Positions 37,563-50,700 of a stretch of 64,000 nucleotides of DNA are shown piece after piece; position 1 is the first letter of the stretch; each line of letters begins with the position of its first letter. Both the position numbers and the translations under genes were made by a program. The notes under the pieces are model-generated. The model saw only the letters and a program-made list of their open reading frames with translations, ran no database searches and was not told the origin of the DNA. The stretch is from Haliotis cracherodii (lineage: Eukaryota). The DNA lies in contig NW_027266276.1 in the NCBI RefSeq assembly GCF_022045235.1, positions 186,001 to 250,000 of the forward strand, in the 5' to 3' direction.

Positions 37563-38524
37563 GTAAACAATACTGTTTTTACTTTTGTGACAAAGTACTG
37601 TGATAAGCAGCTAGTTGGTCATAGTATACACTGCCTTGACCTTCATAGCTGATGTCCTTTGTACAAGATGGTAGGCATGAAGGTCAATGAACTTGCTCTG
37701 GCCAAAACAAACAGTACAATTTGACACATACATGAGTATATACTGGGCAGAAGCTCAAGCTAAAACATTACACACGATAGTAAGGTGATAGGAACTTAAT
37801 ACTATCCCATCCAAACCACATGTCTGCCAGGGCAATGAGGGAATGGAAAACCTTTTAAGTTGTTGCTGCCAATATATTCATCCTGCTGTATTGTAACAAT
37901 CTCATGCAGGTAAATGTCTAAGACACAATTAATGGACATGTCAGGGTGTTTGATCATCTCAAATGTATATGACGTACAGTAAAACCTTGTTATAATGAAT
38001 TCCAAATAATTGTTGATAGCAGTTCATTTTATCCACGATTCAATACACTCAAAACTTAGTCTGCCATTTTGGATGTGCCCACGATCCATATTAGTCATGG
38101 TCAAATTAACACAACTGTATATAACCATTCATATTCAATATGCTCGTACAGGCCACTAATGTATTGGAAACTTAATTTCATATAAACTAGTGAAAGAATG
38201 AAATTTGTTAAGGAATTACTTGGACATTAACCAACAGAAATATTGCAGCACTCATATTCCGTAGAACAGTATGTGTAGTCTTTTGACATTTCTCCATGTC
38301 ACCTTCAGTCATCTGAACAAATGTTTGATAATTAGGACTCAACTGGGTAAGAGGGATCATCAGATACTGCTTGTAATGAACTGAAGGTGAAACCATGTGT
38401 TATGTTTTAGGAATTATTTTTGGAATCAGGATTGAACTGGTGATAAGATCACGGAAACTAGTCGTGTGAGCAGTTACAAAGGTGATTTACAACTGATTGG
38501 AGTAGTAGTGTTTCACAGCTAGGT

Positions 38525-40033
38525 CAGACCTGTCAACCCCTCATCATGACAATGGGAGAGATTTGGCTTCAAAATGGGGGAGATTTGCATCCAAAGGGGC
38601 AGACTTTTGAAATAGTGAATATAAGAAGATAACTTTCATATAAAAATATTTTTAGACAATGATTAATAATTTCTTATAAGTACAACTTACTTTATTTCTG
38701 TTTGCATTTTCCTCCTCTGAGAATAAACCTAGCACAATCTACCCATATCACATTCATTCAAAGATCATCTCAGATAATCACAGATATTGACAATAAACAA
38801 TCTGTAGCTTGACCAGTTGACGATGTGTTCAATCCGACCAACTGTCATGGTTCGTCATAATACAGGTTTTTGTGCAATTTGGTTACAAACTATGCCAAAG
38901 AAATATTAAGTGCATTTATCCTGACGCAACATGATCACCCTTAATTTCTTTCAGATATGTTTATTTTATTCTGTCTACGGTAGTCTGTTTACTTTGCTTC
39001 ATAAATGTTCTAGAAATGTTCAAGTTATTCTGTTTCCAAGAAATGTATGCCATATTTGGAAGTACTATTATATTTTACAACATTCTATGAATGAAAAGAG
39101 CCTTGTCGTTGTTGACCTTTCTGACCTTGATGTGTATTAATCTCATTGGTTGACCAATACTGTTGTATTCAAATAAGTTTGCCGATCAGCAACGCCAGCA
39201 AACTATTTGCCAATAAGCTTGTGTAAAATAATCACATGATAAATACTTTCGATATTTGAGCTCTGTGTGTTGATATTTCTGTGCAGACGAGTCACAATGT
39301 CAGTCAAAAGGAAATTTAAAAATGTTACTTAAATTTTGACTTTGAAACCCCAACTGTGAGGAAGTCTGAACATGTAACTCATTGTTATTTCGACTACCGA
39401 ATCAACCAATCATTCTTGAGACGGCACTTGCTGGTCATGTTTTGTTTTCATTTCCGAGAGTTCAAATGGCATAACTTTGAGGTATACTGTATTGATGTTT
39501 TACAAAGTTTCTGACAAATCTGATAACCAATAAAGTCATGTATAACTGGGCCAGCCATGTGTATTTTTGTTCTTAAATTATGGAGGAATAAACAGGGTAA
39601 GAACATAAGTGATAAGTACTCTGTTAACGTTGATTATTCATTTCAAGTTCAACCCTTGACATGCTTTAGGCACCTGTTAGGACTATCCCAGTTTCTTAAC
39701 AGTTTACAATGTTAAATCATTCACCATATGGATTTAATTACCAATTGATGTCTGTCATTAGAAGTTGCTTATCAGGGAGTCTCCCGGACCGATCGGGAGT
39801 TATCATATGCATGTATGCAAACTCATTTAATATTATTCATAAAACTTACTCGTAGATTTCCGTAATCGTAAACGTCCTGTTCTTTGTTTTTTGCTCAAGG
39901 GATAATAGAGGGGAAGTTTTAAGATAATGAAAAATTCTGTTTTGCAGGAGAAATGGTATCTCATGCGTGAGACTGGGAGATTTTATCAAATTGTGGGAGT
40001 CTTCTACAAAATGCGGGAGGGTTGACTGGTCTG
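38525..40033. mobile_element. Non-autonomous DNA transposon, hAT-like termini
   Basis: TIRs cagacctgtcaacccctc / gagggttgactggtctg with subterminal gggaga motifs. No clear TSD. Confidence 0.55.
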
Positions 40034-42189
40034 CTGGTTGTATTTCACACTCTTTAAGGCTCAGTAATATGTTGTTTAACAACGCACTCAGCAATATTCC
40101 ATTTATATGGCGGCGGTCTGTAAATAATTTAATCTGGACCAGACAATCCAGTGATTGATATTATCAGCATTGAGATACAATGACAGGCATCAAACTAGTC
40201 AGCGAGTCTGACCACCTGATCCCTTAGTGGCCTCTTACAACAAGCATGTTTGTTTCTGCTGTTTGCCTTCATTTTAGCCTTTGTGAATTGTTTTGAAACA
40301 GATCATTCATGTCATTGGTCAAGGTCATCTCCTTCAACTTAGTTTACCGGAAACATAAAACTGGGAAAACATATCCTGAAGTTCATTTAAGCTGTAAAGC
40401 TCTGACGTGTATCAACCGCTACATATTTTCAAGGTCAAAGGGAAGGCTATTTGCTATTTGCTATTTTTATCTGTTTTGCCTTTTCAAGAAATTTCTGTTG
40501 TAAATCTTTGTGACCTACTGCCAATGATAATGCCATATTTGTCATTCCATCTATTCCGTCATTGGACCATCTTCCCATTGCAAGGGTGTTAACTGACTAA
40601 AAGTCCAGTTTCCACGTTTGCCGAACTAGACTGGAAATTCCAGGCTTGATCGTAGCACCACCAGAGGCATTTACGAGTAATGTCCCTTCTACGTCCCTCC
40701 TCCTGACCTGTTAGATTCCATTGGTTATATCGCGTGTATTTGCTTCAAACAAAATGACAAGCCCCCCGTGAAAACGATCTGATTGATAATCAAGATCTAT
40801 ATTGTAATAAAACAGGTTTTACCCTGCGGAGTGCATCAAATCACTTGAGCATCTTAATTAAAAACATAAAAAAAATTGTGAAATATCTGTCAGTGCCAAG
40901 TTGAAGGTACAAATACTTTGCAAATCCTGCAGTCGACTGAAATCCATGTTGTTTAGTTTGTAATACGATTTCGTTAGTCCAGCAAAACTGTAACTCAAGA
41001 AGTGTGGAAACACAACTTTATAGTCAGTTAACTCCCTTTCCTTGGGAAGATGTCGGTGGACAACATGATTGGTTAATATAATGTACACATGGATGAAAAT
41101 TAATATAAAAAACGCAAGTCCAAGTCTATTATGATTCTGGAAGGACCAGTGACATTTCCTTGTGTAGTACCTCTTTTATCATTGACTAGATGGCACTCCG
41201 TAGCAGATCAGTTTTGCAGACAAATGAAGATAGAAATTATTTTCTAACACTGATATGGCCCTAGCCACCATAGGATCTATTCACCATGTGTGTTGACGTT
41301 CATCCATTAAAAGCTGTGCATCATTTTAGCTGATTGAGGTTGTCATAATGACATTGTCATCTATTGACTATTTTGGGTGCTGTAAGGTTTGAAGAATTTG
41401 ACAACCGCTGCCACTGCCACACAGTTTTTAAGACAGGGTGCATGGCTGAGGAATCATCTCACAGAGGTGTTTCTTTAATGTCTGGTCAGATATCTGTGCA
41501 ATCCTGTTTGGGATGCTTTTGTACACCTTTGCAGCAAATGATGAAGCTGTATAAAGGGGTCATGGGCAGGCATTGTATCATATGTGGGGTTGTCCTGACA
41601 AGGTTCTGTCATCTGATGTACCAATTGCTGGTGGTGCCAATAACAATGTCTTGAGGCTGTGCTCTGTGGAACATACTTTTGTAGGCCTAATCATGATGTT
41701 TCTCATGCAGCATGTGGTTCCCATGTGCTTTTACTTTCTGTATTGTTGGTTTTATGATGTTTCTATTCATTTAACTGATTTCATTTTGATGATTCCAGCA
41801 ATGCCAATATTAACTTTGTACCAAATGACATCTTATTCATGCTAATTATTTCATATGAGTATGTCAGCATCACCAATGTTTTTCGGTTTTTGTATGATTT
41901 CAACGTAGGTATATCAAGTGATGGCATTCTTATAATAAACAGTGGCAGGTCATGGGGATGGTCTTTCAAGCAGCAGAAAATGATATATTTTCAATGTTCA
42001 GTTGAATTCTACCAGAGGTTCATTCAACATATGGTACTTGAGACCATATGGTATTCGTGAAAATCTCGTTACTCATAATGAAGTGTAATACCCTGTTCCT
42101 TTCTAGCTTCTGGTGAAATTGCATATGGTAGCATTGATAGCAGTATAAGGACGTTTGGCCTGACATAACAATATGGACTGATGGCTAAA

Positions 42190-44341
42190 AGTTATCTTGG
42201 CCTGAAACAAGAACAAATGTTGATGTTGCATACAGGGTGAATGTAGTAGTCCTGGGAGAGTTGAGATGCCATAGTAAAGATGTTGGGGTCAACTTCTCTG
42301 GCACAATATGCTCCCAGTTTGTCGGAGAAGACACACATATTATGAGCTAACAAAGCACGATTACTTGTTCTGCTGGGCATACAGGGTGAATGTAGCAGTC
42401 CTGGGCGAGTTGTGATGGCAGTGTTTGGATGTCGGGCCCGACAACAATTTGACGTCTTGGCTGATGATGACTCAAATGGTCTGAAGCAAGTCAAAATGAT
42501 GATGTTGCATACAGGGTGAATGTAGTAGCACTGGGAGAGTTGTGATGGCAGTGTTTGGATGTCGGGCCCGACAACAATTTGACATCTTGGCTGATGATGA
42601 CTCAAATGGTCTGAAGCAAGTCAAAATGATGATGTTGCATACAGGGTGAATGTAGTAGCACTGGGAGAGTTGTGATGGCAGTGTTTGGATGTCGGGCCCG
42701 ATGAAACAATTTGACGTCTTGACAGATGATGACTCAAATGGTCTGAAGCAAGTCAAAATGATGATGTTGCATACAGGGTGAATGCAGTAGCACTGGGAGA
42801 GTTGTGATGGCAGTGTTTGGATGTCGGCCCGACGAAACAATTTGACGTCTTGACAGATGATGACTCAAATGGTCTGAAGCAAGTCAAAATGATGATGTTG
42901 CATACAGGGTGAATGTAGTAGTCCTGGGAGAGTTGAGATGCCATAGTAAAGATGTTGGGGTCAACCTCTCTGGCACAATATGCTCCCAGTTTGTCGGAGA
43001 AGACACACATATTATGAGCTAACAAAGCACGATTACTTGTTCTGCTGGGCATACAGGGTGAATGTAGTAGTCCTGGGAGAGTTGAGATGCCATAGTAAAG
43101 ATGTTGGGGTCAACCTCTCTGGAACAATATGCTCCCAGTTTGTCGGAGAAGACACACATATTATGAGCTAACAAAGCATGATAACTTGTTCTGCTGGGCA
43201 TACAGGGTGAATGTAGCAGTCCTGGGAGAGTTGAGATGCCAAAGTATAGATGTTGGGCCCAACCAAATAGCATACAGGATGAATGTAGTAGCCCTAGAAG
43301 AGGCCTAACAATTTGACATCTTTGCTGATGATGTGAAAGGCGAGTTGGCCGAAAAAAGACAAAATGATGATATTGCATACAGGGTGAATGCAGTAGCACT
43401 GGGCAAGTTGTGATGGCAGTGTGTGGATGTCGGGCCCGATGAAACAATTTGACGTCTTGACAGATGATGACTCAAATGGCCTGAAGCAAGTCAAAATGAT
43501 GATGTTGCATACAGGGTGAATGCAGTAGCACGGGGCGAGTTGTGATGGCAGTGTTTGGATGTCGGGCCCGACAACAATTTGACGTCTTGACAGATGATGA
43601 CTCAAATGGTCTGAAGCAAGTCAAAATGATGATGTTGCATACAGGGTGAATGTAGTAGTCCTGGGAGAGTTGAGATGCCATAGTAAAGATGTTGGGGTCA
43701 ACTTCTCTGGCACAATATGCTCCCAGTTTGTCGGAGAAGACACACATATTATGAGCTAACAAAGCACGATTACTTGTTCTGCTGGGCATACAGGGTGAAT
43801 GTAGCAGTCTTGGCGCGTTGTGATGGCAGTGTTTGGATGTCGGGCCCGACAACAATTTGACGTCTTGGCTGATGATGACTCAAATGGTCTGAAGCAAGAC
43901 AAAATGATGATTTTGCATACAGGGTGAATGCAGTAGCACTGGGCGAGTTGTGATGGCAGTGTTTGGATGTTGGGCCCGACAACAATTTGACGTCTTTGCT
44001 GATGATGACTCAAATGGTCTGAAGCAAGTCAAAATGATGATGTTGCATACAGGGTGAATGCAGTAGCACTGGGAGAGTTGTGATGGCAGTGTTTGGATGT
44101 CGGGCCCGACAACAATTTGACGTCTTGGCTGATGATGACTCAAATGGTCTGAAGCAAGACAAAATGATGATGTCGCATACAGGGTGAATGCAGTAGCACT
44201 GGGAGAGTTGTGATGGCAGTGTTTGGATGTCGGGCCCGACGAAACAATTTTGATGTCTTGGCTGATGATGACTCAAATGGTCTGAAGCAAGACAAAATGA
44301 TGATGTTGCATACAGGGTGAATGCAGTAGCACTGGGAGAGT
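42190..44341. repeat. Satellite subfamily A, about 130-bp unit, with four 149-bp-type units carrying captured Gypsy RT sequence
   Basis: Period 130-132 (42421, 42551, 42681). Palindrome tgtcgggcccgaca in most units. Confidence 0.95.
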
Positions 44342-44849
44342 TGCGATGGTTGTGTACTGACACAGAGGGTGACAAAAAGAGCTGGATGATGTTGCACATT
44401 AGATGAAGGCAGTGTCACCTAGCTGTAGGAATGTGCCTCTTGTTCACTCTGAAGATTCTGTGGGCTTGCCCAGACCGCTTGCCCCTTAAGGCGACCACTG
44501 GGAATAACGAGCACTGTGCTCGGACCGAATTCAGCTGGCAACCAACACTCTCATGACGTGACTGGACAGTGAGCTTCCTTCCTGTTGTATGAGGTAGAAA
44601 TGGTACATCGATAGACTGAGCAAGCGATTTGAACACAAGCCACAATTCTCCATGGTCAGCTCGAGCAGTGGCTCTTGTGTTTAAACTTGTTTTTCTTGCA
44701 AAGTTCTTGAACATTCGAGAGATCGACTGGGTTCGTTTTGTCAGACTGGCGATTAGACATGCAGTCAGAGTGACTTGACAGATGGGTAGCGGTGGCAGTG
44801 ACAAATAATTGTCACTGCGAACCCAATCGAGAGGCAATGTGATGTGCAT

Positions 44850-46440
44850 GCAGTTCAGAGGTTAAAGAAACACAGTTATGGTAACCATAGCAACCACAAA
44901 GGTAGAGTGAATCAGACATGTCAAAGTTGTGGGAAATGTCATTCAGCTGATGAACAATGTCCTGCAGTTGGGAGAGCCTGTTTGAATAAGATGGGTCACT
45001 ATGCATCAGTGTGTAAAAGTGAGAATCGACATCTGCAGATGGGAAGAAACTATCAGTTTAGATGAGGTCTAGGAAGATTCCACAGTAACAACAATCACTG
45101 AAGTGCTGCACCAAATAGAATTCACAGAACACAACAACAATCTTCTGAGCATTTCTTTACTGGATCTATTGAGAAAGGTCAGGAAATTTTGCGACAATGG
45201 CTGCAAATGGCAGAGCCAAAATAAACATGAAGTCTGATTCATGTGCCCAAATGAGTGTCTTATCTGATGAAGAAATCAACAGAGTTCATATCAGAGCAGG
45301 TCCACTGCATCCAACTCAACCCAGACTTACAACATTACGATGCCAGTAGATTACCAGTCATCACTGCTCACAACCTTCAATACTCCATTTGGGCGATGTC
45401 GATTTCTAACATTACCCTTTGGCTTCAAGAATGCAAGTGAGATATTTCAAAAGAGGATGGGCAGTGCTTTTGAGGGTTTTTGGAACATACTTATCTGACA
45501 GTTGATGACATTCTCATCACAGATAGCGCAACAGCTTAGCATGATGTTCACCTGAGATAAATGCTCCAGAGGACCACATAGAAGGGTATGAAGCTGAATC
45601 AGATAAAACTCAGCTTTGTCAACAAGAAGTGAAATTCCTTCGGGGCATTTTTATGACTGAAGGCATGATGCCAGGTCCTGAAAAAGTTCCAGTAGTCAAG
45701 GACATGAACACTCTTTCTTGCAAGAAGGAACAGAAAGGCAACTTAGGCATGTTAACCTATCTGGCACAATATCCTCCCAGCTTGTCAGAGAAGACACACA
45801 TATTATGAGCTAACAACGCACGATAACTTGTTCTGTTGGGCACCAGAGCATGAGGAAACTTTTCAAGAGATTAGGAATATGATCACAAAGTCAGCAGTGC
45901 CTATATTACAGTATTTTGACAAAAATGCCAGTGACTCTAGAGACTGATGCATTGCCTTGTCTTGGGGTTGTCATATTTCAAGAAAAAGAACCAGAAGCTT
46001 TTGCATCAAAGGTGATGACAGATTCACTGAGGAATTATGCCCAAATATAACAGGAGATGCTTAAGATTCTATTTGGTTTCACTACTATCTGTTTTGAAGA
46101 AACTTCAAAGTCAGGACTGATCATAAACTGCCGGAAGTTGTATTCAAGAAGCCATTACATGTTTCTCTGAGACTTCAGATCTATGATGCGGATGTAGAAT
46201 TCACGCCTTGGAAGAATGTTCCTGTAGCACACATGTTGTCATAGACTCTTCATCAAACAATGATTTTCTGTTGAGGTAGATATTCAATCATATGTGCATA
46301 TGGTGACAAGTAACTTACAAGTATCAGACAAGAAGCTAGAACAGATTAGAAAATAAAATAGTGAAGATGACCAACATGTGATCCTTACTAAGATCATCAT
46401 GAATGAATGGCCTGAGACTTTGACATTATTGTCCAAGTAG
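44850..46440 (+). pseudogene. Degenerate Gypsy gag-pol (zinc knuckle, RT, RNase H)
   Basis: CPAVGRAC..KMGHYASVC; LPFGFKNASEIFQKRM; VDDILI; RNYAQI. Many stops. Confidence 0.8.
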
Positions 46441-46776
46441 CATCAAGGAATTATTATGGTTTTGTTCTGAGATACAAAACCTTCCAAATGGCGTGTATTT
46501 TACAAAAATAGAACAATAAAAAGGCATATGATTGGTTGATACACAATGGGGATGAATGGCTAGACAGAAGGGAATACTTAATCCTGTTAATCCTGTTGGA
46601 CTGGCACTAATCTTGTGACATTTACTGGGTGCTTAAAGAGATTATGGTATCACTATAGACGAGCTTGTATGGGGGCTAATCCTTAATGAGTCTAAATTGA
46701 AGTATTTGCTTAATGTTATTCTAATATAGGTGATGACAGATTTACTTGAATAAAATAGTTCAAGGCAATCTATAAG

Positions 46777-47070
46777 ACTATGTAGACATATCTTTCATCT
46801 TATTGAATAGTATGTCTGGAAGATGAGTTTACGTTACCTTAGGCTAGTATTTATCTGAAAGCTTTAGATCTATTAAACTATGTAGACATAACTTTTGTCT
46901 TATTGAATAGCATGTCTTGGAGATGGGTTTACGTTACCTTAGGCTAGTATTTATCTGAAAGCTTTAGATCTATTAAACTATGTAGACATAACTTTTGTCT
47001 TATTGAATAGTATGTCTTGGAGATGGGTTTCGCGTTACCTCAGGCTATCATCTATCTACAAAGCTATAAC
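46777..47070. repeat. 100-bp tandem repeat, about 3 copies
   Basis: actatgtagacata...gttaccttaggctagtatttatctgaaagct at about 46777, 46877 and 46977. Confidence 0.85.
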
Positions 47071-47799
47071 TGAAATTACAAATATTTTGTATAGGTCATT
47101 TTTCCCATGATTAATATGTACTACTCGCCGCTCTATAATCATATGAAATTTTGTGTAAACATTACACAATGATAGCTTGTAAAAGCGCTTGCTGTGGATC
47201 TGATTAGTATATACTTAATTAGTATAAATGATATATCATGATAGAATTTTGGAATTTGAGGTGAACTTAATGTGGTTGGCAGCATCAGATGGAGTTTAGT
47301 CTGGTGGGCTGGCAGCGAACAATTATTTGTCACTCCCACATCCAACCCATCTGTCAAGTCACTCTGACTGCACGTCAAACTGCATGTCCGACAGAAGAAA
47401 CCAGGTTGATCTCATGACCGTTCAAGAACTTTGCAAGGAAAACAAGGTTCAAACAGGAGAGCCACCACTCCAGGTGACCATGGAGATTCGTGTCCCGTAT
47501 TCTAATCGCTTGTTCAGTCTATCGATATACCATTTTCCATCTCATGCGTCAGGAAAGAATCTCACAGCCAATCACATCATGAGAGGGTTGGTCGCCAGTT
47601 GCAATACGTCCCAGCAGAGTGCTTGTTGTTCCCAGTGCTCGCCTTTGGATGTGAGCTGTCTGGGCAAGCGCACTAAATTGTTGGTGTGGACAAAAGGCAT
47701 TTCCCCCACCTAGGTGATACTACGTTCATCTAATGTGTAACATCATTCAGTTCACTTTGTCACACTCTGTGTCACTACAGTACCATCACAGTTATTACA

Positions 47800-50700
47800 T
47801 GAATCAAATGGTCTGAAGCAAGAAAAAGAAACAAGAAAACAAAGTCTTGGCTGATGATGAATCAAATGGTCTTAAACAATGACTCATATGGTCTGAAGCA
47901 AGATAAAATAATGATTTGCATACAGTAGACCTCCGAGAGATGTGATGGCAGTGTTTGGATGTTGGGCCCAACAAAAGAAGTTGAAGTCTTGGCTGATGAT
48001 GGCTGAAGGAGAGGTGGCCTGAAGCAAGACAAAATGATGATGTTGCAAACAGGGTGTGAATGCAGTAGCCCCCTGAGAGATGTGATGACAGTGTTTGGAT
48101 GTTGGGCCCAACAAAACAATTTGATGTCTCGGCTGATGATGGCTAAAGGCGAGTTGGCTTGAAGCAAGACAAAATAATTATGTTTCATACAGGGTGAATG
48201 CAGTAGCCCCAGGAGTGATGTGATGACAGTGTCTGGATGTTGGGCCCAACAGAACAATCTGATGTCTCGGCTGATGATGGCTAAAGGCGAGTTGGCTTGA
48301 AGCAAGACAAAATAAAGATGTTTCATACAGGGTGAATGCAGTAGCCCCAGGAGGGATGTGATGACAGTGTCTGGATGTTGGGCCCAACAAAAAAAGTTGA
48401 TGTCTCGGCTGATGAATGCTAAAGGCGAGTTGGCTTGAAGCAAGACAAAATAATGATGTTTCATACAGGGTGAATGCAGTAGCCCCAGGAGGGATGTGAT
48501 GACAGTGTCTGGATGTTGAGCCCAACAGAACAATTTGATGTCTCGGCTGATGAATGCTAAAGGCGAGTTGGCTTGAAGCAAGACAAAATAATGATGTTTC
48601 ATACAGGGTGAATGCAGTAGCCCCAGGAGGGATGTGATGACAGTGTCTGGATGTTGGGCCCAACAGAACAATTTGATGTCTTGGCTGATGATGGCTAAAG
48701 GCGAGTTGGCTTGAAGCAAGACAAAATAATGATGTTTCATACAGGGTGAATGCAGTAGCCCCAGGAGGGATGTGATGACAGTGTCTGGATGTTGGGCCCA
48801 ACAGAACAATTTGATGTCTCGGCTGATGATGGCTAAAGGCGAGTTGGCTTGAAGCAAGACAAAATAATGATGTTTCATACAGGGTGAATGCAGTAGCCCC
48901 AGGAGGGATGTGATGACAGTGTCTGGATGTTGGGCCCAACAAAAAAATTTGATGTCTCGGCTGATGAATGCTAAAGGCGAGTTGGCTTGAAGCAAGACAA
49001 AATAATGATGTTTCATACAGGGTGAATGCAGTAGCCCCAGGAGGGATGTGATGACATTGTCTGGATGTTGGGCCCAACAGAACAATTTGCTGTCTCGGCT
49101 GATTATGGCTAGATGCGAGTTGGCTTGAAGCAAGACAAAATAATGATGTTTCATACAGGGTGAATGCAGTAGCCCCCGGAGGGATGTGATGACAGTGTCT
49201 GGATGTTGGGCCCAACAGAACAATTTGATGTCTCGGCTGATGATGGCTAAAGGCGAGCTGGCTTGAAGCAAGACAAAATAATGATGTTTCATACAGGGTG
49301 AATGCAGTAGCCCCAGGAGGGATGTGATGACAGTGTCTGGATGTTGGGCCCAACAAAACAATTTGATGTCTCGGCTGATGATGGCTAAAGGCGAGTTGGC
49401 TTGAAGCAGGACAAAATAATGATGTTTCATACAGGGTGAATGCAGTAGCCCCAGGAGTGATGTGATGACAGTGTCTGGATGTTGGGCCCAACAAAACAAT
49501 TTGCTGTCTCGGCTGATGATGGCTAAAGGCGAGTTGGCTTGAAGCAGGACAAAATAATGATGTTTCATACAGGGTGAATGCAGTAGCCCCAGGAGGGATG
49601 TGATGACAGTGTCTGGATGTTGGGCCCAACAGAACAATTTGATGTCTCGGCTGATGATGGCTAAAGGCGAGTTGGCCTGAAGGAAGACAAAATAATTATG
49701 TTGTATACAGGGTGAATGCATTAGCTCACGGAGAGATGTGATGGCATGTTTGGGCCCAACAAAACTATTTGATGTCTCGGCTGATAATGGTTAAAAGAAA
49801 GTTGGCCTGAATCAAGAAAAGGGATGATGTTCCAAAAGGGTGAATGCATTAGCCCTGGGATAGATGGGATGGCAGTGTTTGGATGTTGGGCCCAACAAAA
49901 CAATTTGATGTCTGGGTTGATGATAGCTAAAGGTGAGTTGGCCCGTAGCAAGACAAAATGATGATGTTGCATACAGTGTGCATGCAGTGGCTCACGGAAA
50001 GATGTGATGACAGTTTTTGGATGTTGGGCCCAACAAAACAATTTGATGTCTGGGTTGATAATGGTTAAAGATGAGTTGGTCTGAATCAAGTCAAAATAAT
50101 GATGTTGCATACAGGGTGAATGCATTAGCCCTGGGATACATGGGATGGCAGTGTTTGGATGTTGGGCCCAACAAAACAATTTGATGTCTTGGTTGATGAT
50201 GGCTAAAGGCGAGTTGGCCTGAATCAAGACAAAATGATGATGTTGCATACAGGTTGAATGCAGTAGCCTCCGGAGTGATGTGATGGTAATTTTTGGATGT
50301 TGGGCCCAACAACAAAATTTGATGTCTTGGTTGATGATGGCTAAAGGCGAGTTGGCCCGTAGCAAGACAAAATGATGATGTTGCATACAGGTTGAATGCA
50401 GTGGCTCACGGAGAGATGTGATGGCAGTTTTTGGATGTTGGGCCCAACAAAACAATTTGATGTCTTGGTTGATAATGGTTAAAGATGAGTTGGTCTGAAT
50501 CAAGTCAAAATAATGATGTTTCATACAGGGTGAATGCAGTGGCTCAGGGAGAGATATGATGACATTTTTTGGATTTTAGGCCCAAGAAAACAATTTGATG
50601 TCTTGGTTGATGATGGCTAAAGGCGAGTTGGCTTGAAGCAAGACAAAATAATGATGTTTCATACAGGGTGAATGCAGTACCCATAGGAGGGATGTGATGA

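Larger units (their letters stand above)
44342..47790. mobile_element. Element bounded by ~470-bp diverged inverted repeats that enclose a decayed Gypsy gag-pol
   Basis: 44342-44818 is the reverse complement of 47311-47790 (e.g. tgcagtcagagtgacttgacagatggg / cccatctgtcaagtcactctgactgca). Confidence 0.7.

Noticed and set aside
42190-44341. CRISPR-like array (palindromic repeats plus a TE-derived insert)
   Set aside because: Eukaryotic context, units are near-identical rather than unique spacers, only one captured sequence, and no cas genes.
48135-48160. Link between the satellite loop AGGCGAG and the R2 UTR GGCGAG loops
   Set aside because: Only a 6-nt match with no other similarity, and subfamily A lacks it. 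Treated as coincidence.
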